Shown: positions 20,020-30,410 of the stretch, in pieces
How positions within the stretch are numbered: position 1 is the stretch's first letter
Layout: every line of letters begins with the position of its first letter
Origin: an uncultured Clostridia bacterium
Lineage (GTDB): Bacteria; Bacillota; Clostridia; TANB77; CAG-508
Length of the DNA: 64,000 bases
Direction of reading: 5' to 3'
Assembly (NCBI GenBank): GCA_944391855.1
Contig: CALXVB010000003.1
Span: forward strand, 1-64,000
Notes under the pieces: generated by a model
Told to the model about the DNA's origin: nothing
Database searches by the model: none
The model's input: the letters and a program-made list of their open reading frames with translations, nothing else
Position numbers and translations under genes: made by a program

Positions 20020-21822
20020 ATGACCACTTTTTTACTATTATATTTTTCGGTAATAATTATTCTTGTAATAATACTTTTAATCAACAGAACCAAAAATAAC
20101 AATCAGCTAGCAAAAATATATACATGTAGCTTAGTTTGTATATTAATATGGGTTACGGCATTACTGTGTCAAATGACTTTTGCTGAAAGGTATAACATTC
20201 CTCCTATATATTTTGATTATGTAGCATATATAGGTATATGTTTTCTGCCTATTAGTGTACTCTTTACTGGTATATGCTTTTCAAAAACGCATGTTACTTT
20301 TAAGAAAAAGCATCTATTGCTATTTATTGTACCAATCATAACTTTGCTATTACTTTGGACAAATGACTACCATCATTTATTATATGAGCACTATTCTATA
20401 TACTTAAACGACTGCGTTTCCGGTCCATATATGATAATGCATAATATATATTCATACGGTTTGCTCTTGATTGGTGTAATGTATTTATTAATATTTTCTT
20501 TTAGGAACTCAGGATTTTTCTCAAAACAATCAGTACTGATTTTTATTGGAATGCTTATTCCTTTAGTAGTTAATGTTTTGGGAACATTCAAAATTCTACC
20601 TATGACAATATATATAACACCTATGACATTTACTCTAACAATGATATTTACTGCACTTGCAATTTTTAAATTTAACTTTTTGTCCGCAACGCCTATTGCA
20701 CTTCAGCGTATTGTCGACACTATGTCTGATGGATATATAGTTCTAAATACTTATAATGTTGTAGTAGATTTTAACTTATCTTTGTTAAAAATGTTAAACA
20801 CAACTGAAGAGAAAGTTAGAAACAAGGATTTTATAGAGCTTCTTAATTTCACTGAATTTACTAAATCTGAAATTAAGAAAGTGGCTCACTATATAGCCTT
20901 ATCAAAAAGCAATAATAAAACTTATACTATGGATAAAGAAAGCAAAGTAACAGAAAAGTATTTTCATATAGAAATAAGTGGATTAATGTCTGAAAATACT
21001 AATATAGGAACTTTAATACTCCTTAAAGATACGACTCAGCACATGATAGATTTACATACCATACAAAATAGTCAAAATTTACTTATGGAAAGAGAGCGTT
21101 TAGCATCACTTGGACAATTAATCGGTGGTATTGCACATAACTTAAAAACACCTATAATGTCAATTTCAGGTGCAGCTGAAGGTTTAACAGATTTAATTCA
21201 TGAATATGATACTTCTATAGGTGACCCGGAAGTTACAAATGATGATCATCATGCCATTGCAAAAGATATGTCAGAATGGGTTAGTAAAATTAAATCATAT
21301 ACAGAATACATGTCAGACGTAATTACAGCTGTTAAAGGGCAGGCAGTTACTCTTTCTGAAAATGATTCTACTTCTTTTGATATTGACGAATTAGTTAAAA
21401 GAGTAAATATATTGATGAGGCATGAATTAAAAAATGCTTTAGTAACATTAAATACAGAGATGAATATAGACAAAAGTACAACTTTGCATGGTGATATAAC
21501 TAGTCTAGTTCAAGTTATTAACAATATGATTTCTAATAGTATTCAAGCATATAATGGAGAGCCTAATAAAGTAATTGATTTAATAATAAAAAAACATGCT
21601 TCAAATGTAGTTATTTCAGTAAGAGATTATGGAAATGGTCTTCCAGAAGAAGTAAAAGAAAAATTATTTAAAGAAATGATAACAACAAAAGGGAAAAATG
21701 GTACTGGTCTTGGATTATTTATGTCTTACTCTACAATAAGAGCACATTTTAATGGAGATATAACATTTGAAACTAAACAAGGTAAAGGTTCTACATTTAA
21801 TATAGTTATACCTATTAAATAA
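20020..21822 (+). CDS. Sensor histidine kinase with N-terminal 7TM domain
   Basis: 600 aa. Seven hydrophobic helices in the first ~220 aa. H-box LGQLIGGIAHNLKTP. HATPase G-box GTGLGLF. Starts 25 nt after the NRPS stop, with a ribosome-binding site GGAGGA. Confidence 0.8.
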   Translation: MTTFLLLYFSVIIILVIILLINRTKNNNQLAKIYTCSLVCILIWVTALLCQMTFAERYNIPPIYFDYVAYIGICFLPISVLFTGICFSKTHVTFKKKHLLLFIVPIITLLLLWTNDYHHLLYEHYSIYLNDCVSGPYMIMHNIYSYGLLLIGVMYLLIFSFRNSGFFSKQSVLIFIGMLIPLVVNVLGTFKILPMTIYITPMTFTLTMIFTALAIFKFNFLSATPIALQRIVDTMSDGYIVLNTYNVVVDFNLSLLKMLNTTEEKVRNKDFIELLNFTEFTKSEIKKVAHYIALSKSNNKTYTMDKESKVTEKYFHIEISGLMSENTNIGTLILLKDTTQHMIDLHTIQNSQNLLMERERLASLGQLIGGIAHNLKTPIMSISGAAEGLTDLIHEYDTSIGDPEVTNDDHHAIAKDMSEWVSKIKSYTEYMSDVITAVKGQAVTLSENDSTSFDIDELVKRVNILMRHELKNALVTLNTEMNIDKSTTLHGDITSLVQVINNMISNSIQAYNGEPNKVIDLIIKKHASNVVISVRDYGNGLPEEVKEKLFKEMITTKGKNGTGLGLFMSYSTIRAHFNGDITFETKQGKGSTFNIVIPIK

Positions 21823-21991
21823 TATAATTTATATAAAAGAGGTTAGAAAATATAGTAAAAATATATGCTATATTTTCTTTTTTAATTTTATAGTAAAGTT
21901 TAATCTCTTTTAATTTTTTTATAAAAAGTATCTTGATTTTTTGTCAAACTACTAATATAATTAGTTATATTCTGAATAAGAAGGTGATATT

Positions 21992-23047
21992 ATGAGAAAA
22001 AATGAGAATATTGCAAAATCTAATGGATATAAGATTATAGCAGTTGATGATGAAGAAGGAATAGTAGATTCACTTTCTATATTCCTAAAAAGGTCAGGTT
22101 ATCAGTTTACAGGAGTTACCGATCCACTAGAGGCAATAGAAAAAGTAAAAAATGAACACTTTGATTTAATGATTTTGGACTTTATAATGGAACCTATACA
22201 TGGTGATAAGGTTGTAGAAGAAATTCGTAAATTTAATAAAGAATTATACATTTTATTACTTACTGGTCATAAAGATTTAGCCCCACCGCTTGAGACTATT
22301 AGAGAATTAGACATTCAAGGATATTGCGAAAAAAGTGATAAATTTGACCAACTTTTATTACTTATAGAGTCAGGAATTAAATCTATTGAACAAATGAATG
22401 AAATTAAGAGAATAAATGAAGAGCTTTCCGAAACTTATGAAAGATTGGAAAAGGCTTACTTAGATAGTATACAAACACTAAGGTATACAGTTGAAGCAAA
22501 GGATCCATATACAAGAGGTCATTCTGATAGAGTATCTGAGTATTCTGTTTTAATAGGCAAGAAGTTAGGTTTATCAGATGATGATTTAAAAACCTTACGT
22601 GTTGGCGGGTTATTCCATGATATTGGTAAGATTGGAATACCAGACAGTATACTTTTAAAAGAATCAAAATTAACAGATGATGAATATTCAGAAATAAAAA
22701 GTCATCCATCTATTGGTGCACATATTCTTTGTAATGCAGAAGTATTTAAAGATATCATACCAATAGTAAAGCATCACCACGAAAGATATGATGGAAGAGG
22801 ATATCCAGGGCAATTAAAAGGAGAAGATATTCCATATTTTGCAAGAATTGCTGCTGTGGCTGATAGCTTTGATGCGATGACCTCAAAAAGGACTTATAGA
22901 AATTCATTAGATATTTCTATAGTACGTTCTGAAATAGAAAAGAATCTAGGAACTCAATTTGACCCTAAATTAGGCAAAATTTTCATAGATATAATTGATA
23001 ATGAATATGATAAAATAAAGGAAATACAGGAAAAATATCCTTCATAA
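21992..23047 (+). CDS. Response regulator with REC plus HD-GYP domain (c-di-GMP phosphodiesterase type)
   Basis: 351 aa. REC domain (IIAVDDEEG...DLMILD). HD-GYP core HSDRV...GLFHDIGKIGIP...HHERYDGRGYPG. A hairpin-U7 terminator lies at 23053-23078. Confidence 0.85.
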   Translation: MRKNENIAKSNGYKIIAVDDEEGIVDSLSIFLKRSGYQFTGVTDPLEAIEKVKNEHFDLMILDFIMEPIHGDKVVEEIRKFNKELYILLLTGHKDLAPPLETIRELDIQGYCEKSDKFDQLLLLIESGIKSIEQMNEIKRINEELSETYERLEKAYLDSIQTLRYTVEAKDPYTRGHSDRVSEYSVLIGKKLGLSDDDLKTLRVGGLFHDIGKIGIPDSILLKESKLTDDEYSEIKSHPSIGAHILCNAEVFKDIIPIVKHHHERYDGRGYPGQLKGEDIPYFARIAAVADSFDAMTSKRTYRNSLDISIVRSEIEKNLGTQFDPKLGKIFIDIIDNEYDKIKEIQEKYPS

Positions 23048-23052
23048 TAATT

Positions 23053-23078
23053 TCCCCGGTTAGCCCGGGGATTTTTTT
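23053..23078 (+). terminator. Rho-independent terminator: CCCCGG-ttagc-CCGGGG followed by T8
   Basis: Stem 23054-23059/23065-23070, followed by ATTTTTTT. Confidence 0.7.
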
Positions 23079-23131
23079 ACTTATATAAAATTGTGGACAA
23101 ATGGAAGTAGCCCCTTTTGTCCACGATTTTC

Positions 23132-25312
23132 TTAAATTTTCATACTTAATTTTACTTTTTGTCTTTCACTATCTATTCCTATAACTTTGACTTTTACTAC
23201 GTCTCCAACTGAAACTATATCTGATGGATTTTTTACAAAACTATTGCTCAATTCTGATATATGTACTAATCCATCATGCTTTACTCCTACATCTACAAAT
23301 GCACCAAAATCTGTTACATTTCTTACTGTTCCTGTTAATATTTGCCCTTCTCTTAAATCTTCGAACTTAAGTACATCTGCTCTTAATATTGGTTTTGGCA
23401 TTTCTTCTCTTGGGTCTCTTCCTGGTTTAGATAATTCTTCTATTATATCTTTTAAGGTTATCTCTCCTACATTTAACTCTTTTGCTGTGGTCTCTATTTT
23501 TATATTTGCTAATTTTTCTTTTATTTCTTTTAATTTGTTCTTATCTGTTAAATCTTCCTTTTTATATCCAACTTTATTTAATAAATTTTCTGCTACTTCA
23601 TAGCTTTCCGGATGCACGGCTGTTATCTCTAATGGATTTTTACCGTCTGGTATTCTAATAAACCCTGCGCATTGTTCAAATGCTGCTTTTCCGAGTTTTG
23701 GTACTTTTAATAGTTCTTTTCTTTCTTTTATTTTTCCATTTGCGTCTCTATATTTTACAATATTATTTGCTATTGTTTTATTTATTCCTGCAATATATTG
23801 TAATAATGATGGTGTAGCTGTATTTATATCTACTCCTACTTTGTTTACTGCATCTTCCACAACACCGGTTAAACTTTCTGATAGCTTCTTTTGATCAACA
23901 TCATGTTGGTATTGTCCTACTCCTATTGCTTTTGGATCTATTTTTACAAGTTCTGCTAATGGATCTTGTAATCTTCTTGCTATTGATATTGCACCTCTTA
24001 AAGAAACATTTATATCTGGATATTCTTCAGTTGCAAGTTTCGAAGCAGAATATACTGATGCACCAGCTTCTGATACTATGGTATAGTAAACATCTTTATT
24101 TAATTCTTCTTTTGCCTTTTTTATTACACCTGAAACAAATGCTTCTGATTCTCTTGATGCAGTTCCATTTCCTATGGCAAACATATTAGCATCATATTTT
24201 TTGATTAAATCTAACAATACTTTTGTCGCACCTTCTTCGTCGTTTTGTGGCTCTGTTGGATAGATTGTAGTTGTATCTAATACTTTACCTGTTTCGTCTA
24301 TTACAGCAATTTTACAACCTGTTCTATATGCTGGGTCAAAACCTATTACAGTTAAATTTTTTATTGGTGCACCTAGAAGTAGCTGTTTTGCATTACTTCC
24401 AAATACTTTTATTGCCTTTTCCTCTGCTTTTTCTGTTAAATCAGAACGTATCTCTCTATCTATTGATGGTTCTATTAATCTTTTCCAACTATCTAAAATA
24501 GTAGCTTTTAAATATTCTTCAAACTGGGTATGTCCTTTTAGTATATCTCTTTCCATAAAATATATTATTTTATCTTCTGGCTTATCTATTTTTACCTTTA
24601 AAAATTCTTCCTTTTCTCCCCTATTTATAGCTAAAATCCTGTGGCTTGGTAATCTATTTATTTTTTCGTTAAAATCATAATACATATTATAGCTAGAATT
24701 TTCTTCTGGTTTTGTACCTTTTACATTCATTATTCCTTCTCTATAGCAAATACCTTTTATCTTCTTTCTATATCTAGCATTATCAGATATATTTTCTGCA
24801 ATTATATCTAACGCACCAGAAATTGCTTCATTCACATTTGCAACTATTTTTTCTTTTGGAGTGTCTTTTTCCACATTTACAAAATCTTTTGCTATTTCTT
24901 TTATTGGTCTACTTTCAGCTTGTTCATATATTATATCAGCCAAGGGCTCTAGTCCCTTAGCTTTTGCTATGGTTGCTCTAGTTTTCTTTTTAGGTTTATA
25001 TGGTCTATATATATCTTCTACATCTGCTAAAGTTACAGCATCTGCTATTGACTTTGAAATCTCTTCTGTAAGTTTTCCTTGTTCTTCAATAGATTTTAAT
25101 ACTTCTTCTTTTCTTTTTTCTAGATTTCTTAAATATGTAAGTCTATCTCCTAAATCTCTTAATATTTCATCAGATAGGCCTCCAGTTACTTCTTTTCTGT
25201 AACGAGCAATAAATGGAATAGTATTTCCTTCATCTATTAAATTTACAGTTGCCTCTACCTGTTTTTCTTTAATATTTAACTCTTCTGCAATAATTTTTAT
25301 AATCTTATCCAT
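23132..25312 (-). CDS. tex: Transcription accessory protein Tex (YqgF plus S1 domains)
   Basis: 726 aa. N-terminus MDKIIKIIAEELNIKEKQVEATVNLIDEGNTIPFIARYRKE is canonical for Tex. Confidence 0.9.
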   Translation of the reverse strand: MDKIIKIIAEELNIKEKQVEATVNLIDEGNTIPFIARYRKEVTGGLSDEILRDLGDRLTYLRNLEKRKEEVLKSIEEQGKLTEEISKSIADAVTLADVEDIYRPYKPKKKTRATIAKAKGLEPLADIIYEQAESRPIKEIAKDFVNVEKDTPKEKIVANVNEAISGALDIIAENISDNARYRKKIKGICYREGIMNVKGTKPEENSSYNMYYDFNEKINRLPSHRILAINRGEKEEFLKVKIDKPEDKIIYFMERDILKGHTQFEEYLKATILDSWKRLIEPSIDREIRSDLTEKAEEKAIKVFGSNAKQLLLGAPIKNLTVIGFDPAYRTGCKIAVIDETGKVLDTTTIYPTEPQNDEEGATKVLLDLIKKYDANMFAIGNGTASRESEAFVSGVIKKAKEELNKDVYYTIVSEAGASVYSASKLATEEYPDINVSLRGAISIARRLQDPLAELVKIDPKAIGVGQYQHDVDQKKLSESLTGVVEDAVNKVGVDINTATPSLLQYIAGINKTIANNIVKYRDANGKIKERKELLKVPKLGKAAFEQCAGFIRIPDGKNPLEITAVHPESYEVAENLLNKVGYKKEDLTDKNKLKEIKEKLANIKIETTAKELNVGEITLKDIIEELSKPGRDPREEMPKPILRADVLKFEDLREGQILTGTVRNVTDFGAFVDVGVKHDGLVHISELSNSFVKNPSDIVSVGDVVKVKVIGIDSERQKVKLSMKI

Positions 25313-25458
25313 TGTTTCTTCCTTTCTTTTAATATTTACTTTTTAAGTAAAAACATATATTTTATTATATCACTTTTTTCTTCAATTATGCAAATGTTGT
25401 TTTTTGTCTAAAAATATTATATAATGTATATGTATTAAAAAATAAAGGAGGACGTTTT

Positions 25459-26142
25459 ATGGGAATCGCTTCATTTGTTGTAGGAATTACGTGTTTAATT
25501 CTATCACCATTTTTATCTGTATTGTTAATTTTACCTTCACTTCTAGGACTTATTTTAGGTATAGTAGATACAGTTATAAAATCAAAGAAAAAACAACCAA
25601 AAGGACTTTCAATAGCTGGTATTGTCCTTTCTACAATAGCTTTAGTGATATGTATCTTTGTTGTGGTAGTTGCTGTTACAATATATACTAATGCAACAGA
25701 AGCTGTATCAAGCAGTACAAGTAGCACTTTAGAAGATTTATTACCTCTTAATCAAACTTGCAATGTTGGTGAAAGTGCAACATTAGATGATATTAAAGTA
25801 ACTTTAGTTTCTGTAGACACAGATTTTGAGGATTATTACAGTTATGCGTTAGTAGATGACGATTGTAATATTGTACAAGCAAATTTTGAATTTGAAAATG
25901 TAGGAGATTACACAGAATATGTTTCATACTATGACTTCACATGCTTTGCAGATAAATTTTCTTGTGATTCTTTCTATTCTGTAGAAGGTTCTTATTTCTA
26001 TGAAACAATAGAGAGTGGTAAAAAAGCTAGAGGATCTGTATATTTTGAGGTTCCTAAAGATGCAGATACAATAGAAATAGAATATGATGGAAATTCATAT
26101 GATGACTCAGAAATAACATTTATCGTAAAAGATGCTGAATAA
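25459..26142 (+). CDS. DUF4190/DUF4352-type membrane-anchored protein
   Basis: 227 aa. N-terminal TM helices, Ser/Thr-rich linker and a C-terminal beta-rich domain (TLVSVDTDFEDYY...GSVYFEVPKD). Confidence 0.45.
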   Translation: MGIASFVVGITCLILSPFLSVLLILPSLLGLILGIVDTVIKSKKKQPKGLSIAGIVLSTIALVICIFVVVVAVTIYTNATEAVSSSTSSTLEDLLPLNQTCNVGESATLDDIKVTLVSVDTDFEDYYSYALVDDDCNIVQANFEFENVGDYTEYVSYYDFTCFADKFSCDSFYSVEGSYFYETIESGKKARGSVYFEVPKDADTIEIEYDGNSYDDSEITFIVKDAE

Positions 26143-26226
26143 TCATTCACTTATACACAAAATATACATTAAATTATCCACAGAGTTTTACACACTGTGG
26201 ATAATTTTTGTTTTTTGTTCATATTT

Positions 26227-27807
26227 TTATTCAATTCCTAAATACTCGTTATATGTTACTTCTCTATCAATTAACTTATCTTTCTTTAAATCTATTATTC
26301 TATTAGCAACTGTTTGAGTTAATTGATGGTCATGTGAAGTAAATAGTATAATTCCTTTATATTTGCTCATTCCTTCGTTTAATGCTGTAATACTTTCCAT
26401 ATCTAAATGGTTAGTTGGCTCATCAAATATTAATAAATTTGCACCAGAAAGCATTAATTTAGAAAGCACACATCTTACTTTTTCTCCTCCAGATAGAACA
26501 TTTACCTTCTTAAGAGCTTCTTCCCCAGAGAATAACATTCTTCCTAAGAAGCTTCTTACATAAGTTTCATCTGGGTCTTTTGAATACTGTCTTAACCAGT
26601 CTGTTATTGATAAATCAGATTCAAATAAATAGTTGTTATCTTTTGGGAAATAATTTGTTGTTATTGTAGTTCCATACTTAATAGTTCCTGAATCTGGTTC
26701 CATTTCTCCTGCTAAAATTTGGAACAATACTGTTTTTGCATTTTCATTATCTGCTAAAAATGCTATTTTATCATTTGGTTTCACTACAAAAGATACTTTG
26801 TCCAATATTTTTTCGCCATTTATTGTTTTACAAACATTTCGTACTTCTAATATATCTTTTCCTGGTTCTCTATCTGGTTTAAAATCTATATATGGATATC
26901 TTCTATTAGATGGTTTTATTTCATCTAATTCAATCTTTTCTAAAGACTTCTTTCTTGAAGTAGCCTGTTTTGATTTAGAAGCATTTGCACTAAATCTAGC
27001 AATAAACTCTTGAAGCTCTTTTATCTTTTCTTCTTTCTTTTTATTAGCTTCTTTCATTTGTTTTAATGCAAGCTGGCTAGATTCATACCAGAAATCATAG
27101 TTTCCAGGATATACCTTAATCTTACCAAAGTCGACGTCAGCTATATGTGTACATACTTTATTTAAAAAATATCTATCATGTGATACTACAATTACAGTAT
27201 TTTCAAAGTTAATTAAGAATTCTTCTAACCAATTTATACTCTTTAAATCTAGGTCATTTGTAGGCTCATCTAAAAGTAGAATATCTGGATTACCAAATAA
27301 AGCTTGAGCAAGCAAAACTTTAACCTTTTCCTTTGGTTCTATTTCGCTCATCAATTTATAGTGCTTTTCTGGTTCAATACCTAAATCATTTAAAAGTACT
27401 GCGCTATCGGCTTCTGCATTCCAGCCATCAAGTTCAGCAAATCTCTCTTCTAGTTTTGCAGCCTTCATACCATCTTCTTCAGAGAAATCTGGTTTGGCAT
27501 AAATTGCTTCTTTCTCTTTCATAATTTTATATAGCTCATTATTTCCCATTATAACTGTATCCATAACAGTATATTGTTCAAAAGCAAAATGATCCTGTTT
27601 TAAAACAGATAATCTTTCATTTTTATCTTTAGAAACTTCACCTTTACTTGGTTCTAACTCTCCAGAAAGAACTTTAAGAAAAGTAGATTTACCAGCACCA
27701 TTGGCGCCTATAATTCCATAACAACAACCTTTATTAAATTTAATATTTACGTCTTCAAATAAAGTTCTTTTTCCAAATCTAATTGTAACTCCTGTTGCAG
27801 TAAGCAT
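26227..27807 (-). CDS. ABC-F family ATPase with two ABC domains and no TMD (EttA/Uup-like)
   Basis: 526 aa. Two Walker A motifs (GANGAGKST, and one in the second half) plus a linker. Confidence 0.85.
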   Translation of the reverse strand: MLTATGVTIRFGKRTLFEDVNIKFNKGCCYGIIGANGAGKSTFLKVLSGELEPSKGEVSKDKNERLSVLKQDHFAFEQYTVMDTVIMGNNELYKIMKEKEAIYAKPDFSEEDGMKAAKLEERFAELDGWNAEADSAVLLNDLGIEPEKHYKLMSEIEPKEKVKVLLAQALFGNPDILLLDEPTNDLDLKSINWLEEFLINFENTVIVVSHDRYFLNKVCTHIADVDFGKIKVYPGNYDFWYESSQLALKQMKEANKKKEEKIKELQEFIARFSANASKSKQATSRKKSLEKIELDEIKPSNRRYPYIDFKPDREPGKDILEVRNVCKTINGEKILDKVSFVVKPNDKIAFLADNENAKTVLFQILAGEMEPDSGTIKYGTTITTNYFPKDNNYLFESDLSITDWLRQYSKDPDETYVRSFLGRMLFSGEEALKKVNVLSGGEKVRCVLSKLMLSGANLLIFDEPTNHLDMESITALNEGMSKYKGIILFTSHDHQLTQTVANRIIDLKKDKLIDREVTYNEYLGIE

Positions 27808-27825
27808 AATAAATTCCTCCTTATT

Positions 27826-28785
27826 TTAATCAAGCATTCCTTTTTTCTTAAGCCATACTGATGCTACTACTCCTATTAATATAGAGAATACTACTATTAG
27901 CACAAATCCAAATGGATTTTCTTGTAGTGGAACAGGTACGTTCATTCCCCAGTAACTTGCAATCATTGTTGGAATTGCTAAAATAATTGTTATTGAGGTT
28001 AAATACTTCATTACTCCATTTAGATTGTTTGAAATAATTGAAGCATACGCATCCATTGTTCCTGTTAAAATATCTCTATATATCTTTGCCATCTCTATGG
28101 CCTGTTTATTCTCTATAATAGCATCTTCTAATATATCTTCATCTTCGTCATAAAGTTTTATTAGGTTTCCCCTCATTGTTTTTTCCATTACTACCTCATT
28201 TGATTTTAAAGAAGTAGTAAAATATACAAGTCCTTTTTCTAAACTTAATAATTTTAATAATGCTTTATTCTTCATAGAATTCTTTAAAACATTCTCTGCT
28301 ATTTCTGTTTCTTTATTTAACTTTTTTAATAAGTTTAAGAACATTTCCGCATTTGAATAAAATAACTGTAAAAGCATTCTGCTCTTTTTATATGTAATTA
28401 TGTTCTTTATTTTTCTTTTTTCTAAATCTTCTAATATTGGATTTTTGTTTAATGATACGGTTATTATATAATCGTCTCTAACGAAAATAACTCCTATAGG
28501 TGCTGTACTATATACTTTTGTCCCTGATTCGATTTCCATTATTGGAGTATCTACAATAAATAATATTGTGTTATCGTCATCTTCTACGTCTATTCTGGCT
28601 TTCTCTTCTGGGTCTAATGCGTATCTAATGAAGTCTTCTTGTATGTTAATGTTTTCACATATTGTCTTTATTTCTTCATCACTCGGTGAAACTACGTTAA
28701 TCCAATTTCCCCTTATAAATTCTTTTGTCTCTTCAGTTATATTTGTTTCTATATTTGTATTATACATTTTAAACATAGTTATCAC
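27826..28785 (-). CDS. corA: CorA-family magnesium/cobalt transporter
   Basis: 319 aa. C-terminal YGMNV (GMN) motif and two C-terminal TM helices. Confidence 0.85.
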   Translation of the reverse strand: MITMFKMYNTNIETNITEETKEFIRGNWINVVSPSDEEIKTICENINIQEDFIRYALDPEEKARIDVEDDDNTILFIVDTPIMEIESGTKVYSTAPIGVIFVRDDYIITVSLNKNPILEDLEKRKIKNIITYKKSRMLLQLFYSNAEMFLNLLKKLNKETEIAENVLKNSMKNKALLKLLSLEKGLVYFTTSLKSNEVVMEKTMRGNLIKLYDEDEDILEDAIIENKQAIEMAKIYRDILTGTMDAYASIISNNLNGVMKYLTSITIILAIPTMIASYWGMNVPVPLQENPFGFVLIVVFSILIGVVASVWLKKKGMLD

Positions 28786-28898
28786 CCCTTAGGACAATAT
28801 ATTAACATAATTTTCAAGTTATTACAACTTAAATTTGAAAAAATATTGACAAATCCTTCCTCAGGAATTATAATAGTTATGTTGTTTATATTATATAT

Positions 28899-28974
28899 GC
28901 GCCATTAGCTCAGTTGGTAGAGCAGTTGACTCTTAATCAAATGGTCGGAGGTTCGAATCCTCTATGGCGCACCA
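28899..28974 (+). tRNA. tRNA-Lys (anticodon CTT)
   Basis: GCGCCATTAGCTCAGTTGGTAGAGCAGTTGACTCTTAATCAAATGGTCGGAGGTTCGAATCCTCTATGGCGCACCA folds as a cloverleaf. Anticodon loop is CT-CTT-AA. CCA is encoded. Confidence 0.8.
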
Positions 28975-28978
28975 TTTT

Positions 28979-29008
28979 AAAAGATGCTAAACTTTTAGCA
29001 TCTTTTTT
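28979..29008. terminator. Bidirectional rho-independent terminator: AAAGATGCTAAA-ct-TTTAGCATCTTT flanked by A- and T-runs
   Basis: Stem 28980-28991/28994-29005. It lies between the tRNA-Lys on the plus strand and the convergent minus-strand gene ending at 29024. Confidence 0.65.
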
Positions 29009-29023
29009 AAGTTAAATTTATTT

Positions 29024-30394
29024 CTATTTCTTTTTTGGTGGAACTGGTGGTATTGTTTCAAATAATTTTCTTAGTTCTTCTACAGAGTCTGCTCGTACCC
29101 ATTGGCTCATTCCTTGTTTCCAAACTAGACTATCTCTAAAGAATTGTCCATTATTAGCCATTTGTTGTAATGTTTCTATATTGTATGGTCCTGTTACCTG
29201 TCCATCTACAGCCACATTATACCTTGTTTCAGGAATAGGTGGTGGTGTATTATTATTTGCTTGTGATACTGTATTACTTGACATTATTCCATTCATTGTA
29301 TTAGCAAGATTTTGTCCTACAGCACCTCCAAGTGCCATTCCTGCCATCATGGCTGCTGGATTAAATCCTGAATCTCCATTTCCTAAATCAACACTTCCAG
29401 CATTATTTTCTCCCATTTTACCCAATGCATTAGCACCAGCAATTCCAACTTCTGATTGTTTCTCAATTTTATAAGCATCAATATTATTAGATTGTGTTTG
29501 CTTATGTTGCGCATACTGCCCTTCTTCACGTTGAATACGTAATTTTCCTTCGTAATCTTCGACTTCAATACGTTGTTTGTCTGCAATATCTTTTATCTTT
29601 GCTTCTGCTTCTGCTTTTTTTGTTGCTGCTGTAATGTCTTTTGTTACACTCATAAGTTGACGATATCCTTCGCTTGATTTATCAAGTTCTATTGAAGCAA
29701 TATCTACCCCTGATACGTCCACTCCAAAGTCTTCTTTCAATCTTTCTTTAATGTCATATTCTATAATATCATTTATTTGAGATATTTTAGTCTCAATTTG
29801 AATAAGTGGAATATTATTTGCTGACGGTGCATTTGCTACTATATCTTTTGCATAACGAACTACTGTATCACGTATTTGGTTTTGGAAATCCTCAAGACTA
29901 AAATTATTTAGTCTATGTAATTTTATAAATTCTTTATAATCACTTATTTTAAAACTAATTGTTCCCCTAACGGCTAAAGGTACACCAAAATCTTCAAATC
30001 TTGGATCATATACATCAAAGTATGGTACTGCAAACTTCACTTGTATAATTCTAGCCAAGTTTATAAAGTAAACTTCTGCTTGAAAGGGAGTTCCTCCATC
30101 ATATGCTAAACCAATGATATTAGCTAGTATAGGTAAGTTAGCTGTTTTTAATATTTGGTCAAATGGTCCTACTATAAAATCTTGCATTGTTCCATTTTTT
30201 TGTTTATATACAAAAACTGCAACTTCTCCATCTTTTACTCTCAAGGAAGATCCCCAACGAATAGAGTTCTCTCTATTATTATCTCCTTCCTTTGAATCTT
30301 TAGGATGCCATTTCCATATCAAATATGATGGTTCATCACAACGGATTTCATCCATAATTCCTCCATTTTTTTCATTTCTACTAAATAACCCCAT
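29024..30394 (-). CDS. SPFH/band-7 domain protein with C-terminal DUF4339 (GYF-like) domain
   Basis: 456 aa. SPFH-like central region, coiled-coil, then C-terminal VDGQVTGPYNIETLQQMANNGQFFRDSLVWKQGMSQWVRA. Confidence 0.55.
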   Translation of the reverse strand: MGLFSRNEKNGGIMDEIRCDEPSYLIWKWHPKDSKEGDNNRENSIRWGSSLRVKDGEVAVFVYKQKNGTMQDFIVGPFDQILKTANLPILANIIGLAYDGGTPFQAEVYFINLARIIQVKFAVPYFDVYDPRFEDFGVPLAVRGTISFKISDYKEFIKLHRLNNFSLEDFQNQIRDTVVRYAKDIVANAPSANNIPLIQIETKISQINDIIEYDIKERLKEDFGVDVSGVDIASIELDKSSEGYRQLMSVTKDITAATKKAEAEAKIKDIADKQRIEVEDYEGKLRIQREEGQYAQHKQTQSNNIDAYKIEKQSEVGIAGANALGKMGENNAGSVDLGNGDSGFNPAAMMAGMALGGAVGQNLANTMNGIMSSNTVSQANNNTPPPIPETRYNVAVDGQVTGPYNIETLQQMANNGQFFRDSLVWKQGMSQWVRADSVEELRKLFETIPPVPPKKK

Positions 30395-30410
30395 ATTAAT
30401 TCTCCTTTTT

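Noticed and set aside
28786-28898. Mg2+ (M-box) riboswitch upstream of corA
   Set aside because: Only about 113 nt separate corA from the tRNA-Lys gene, too short for an M-box. No conserved M-box stretches are visible.
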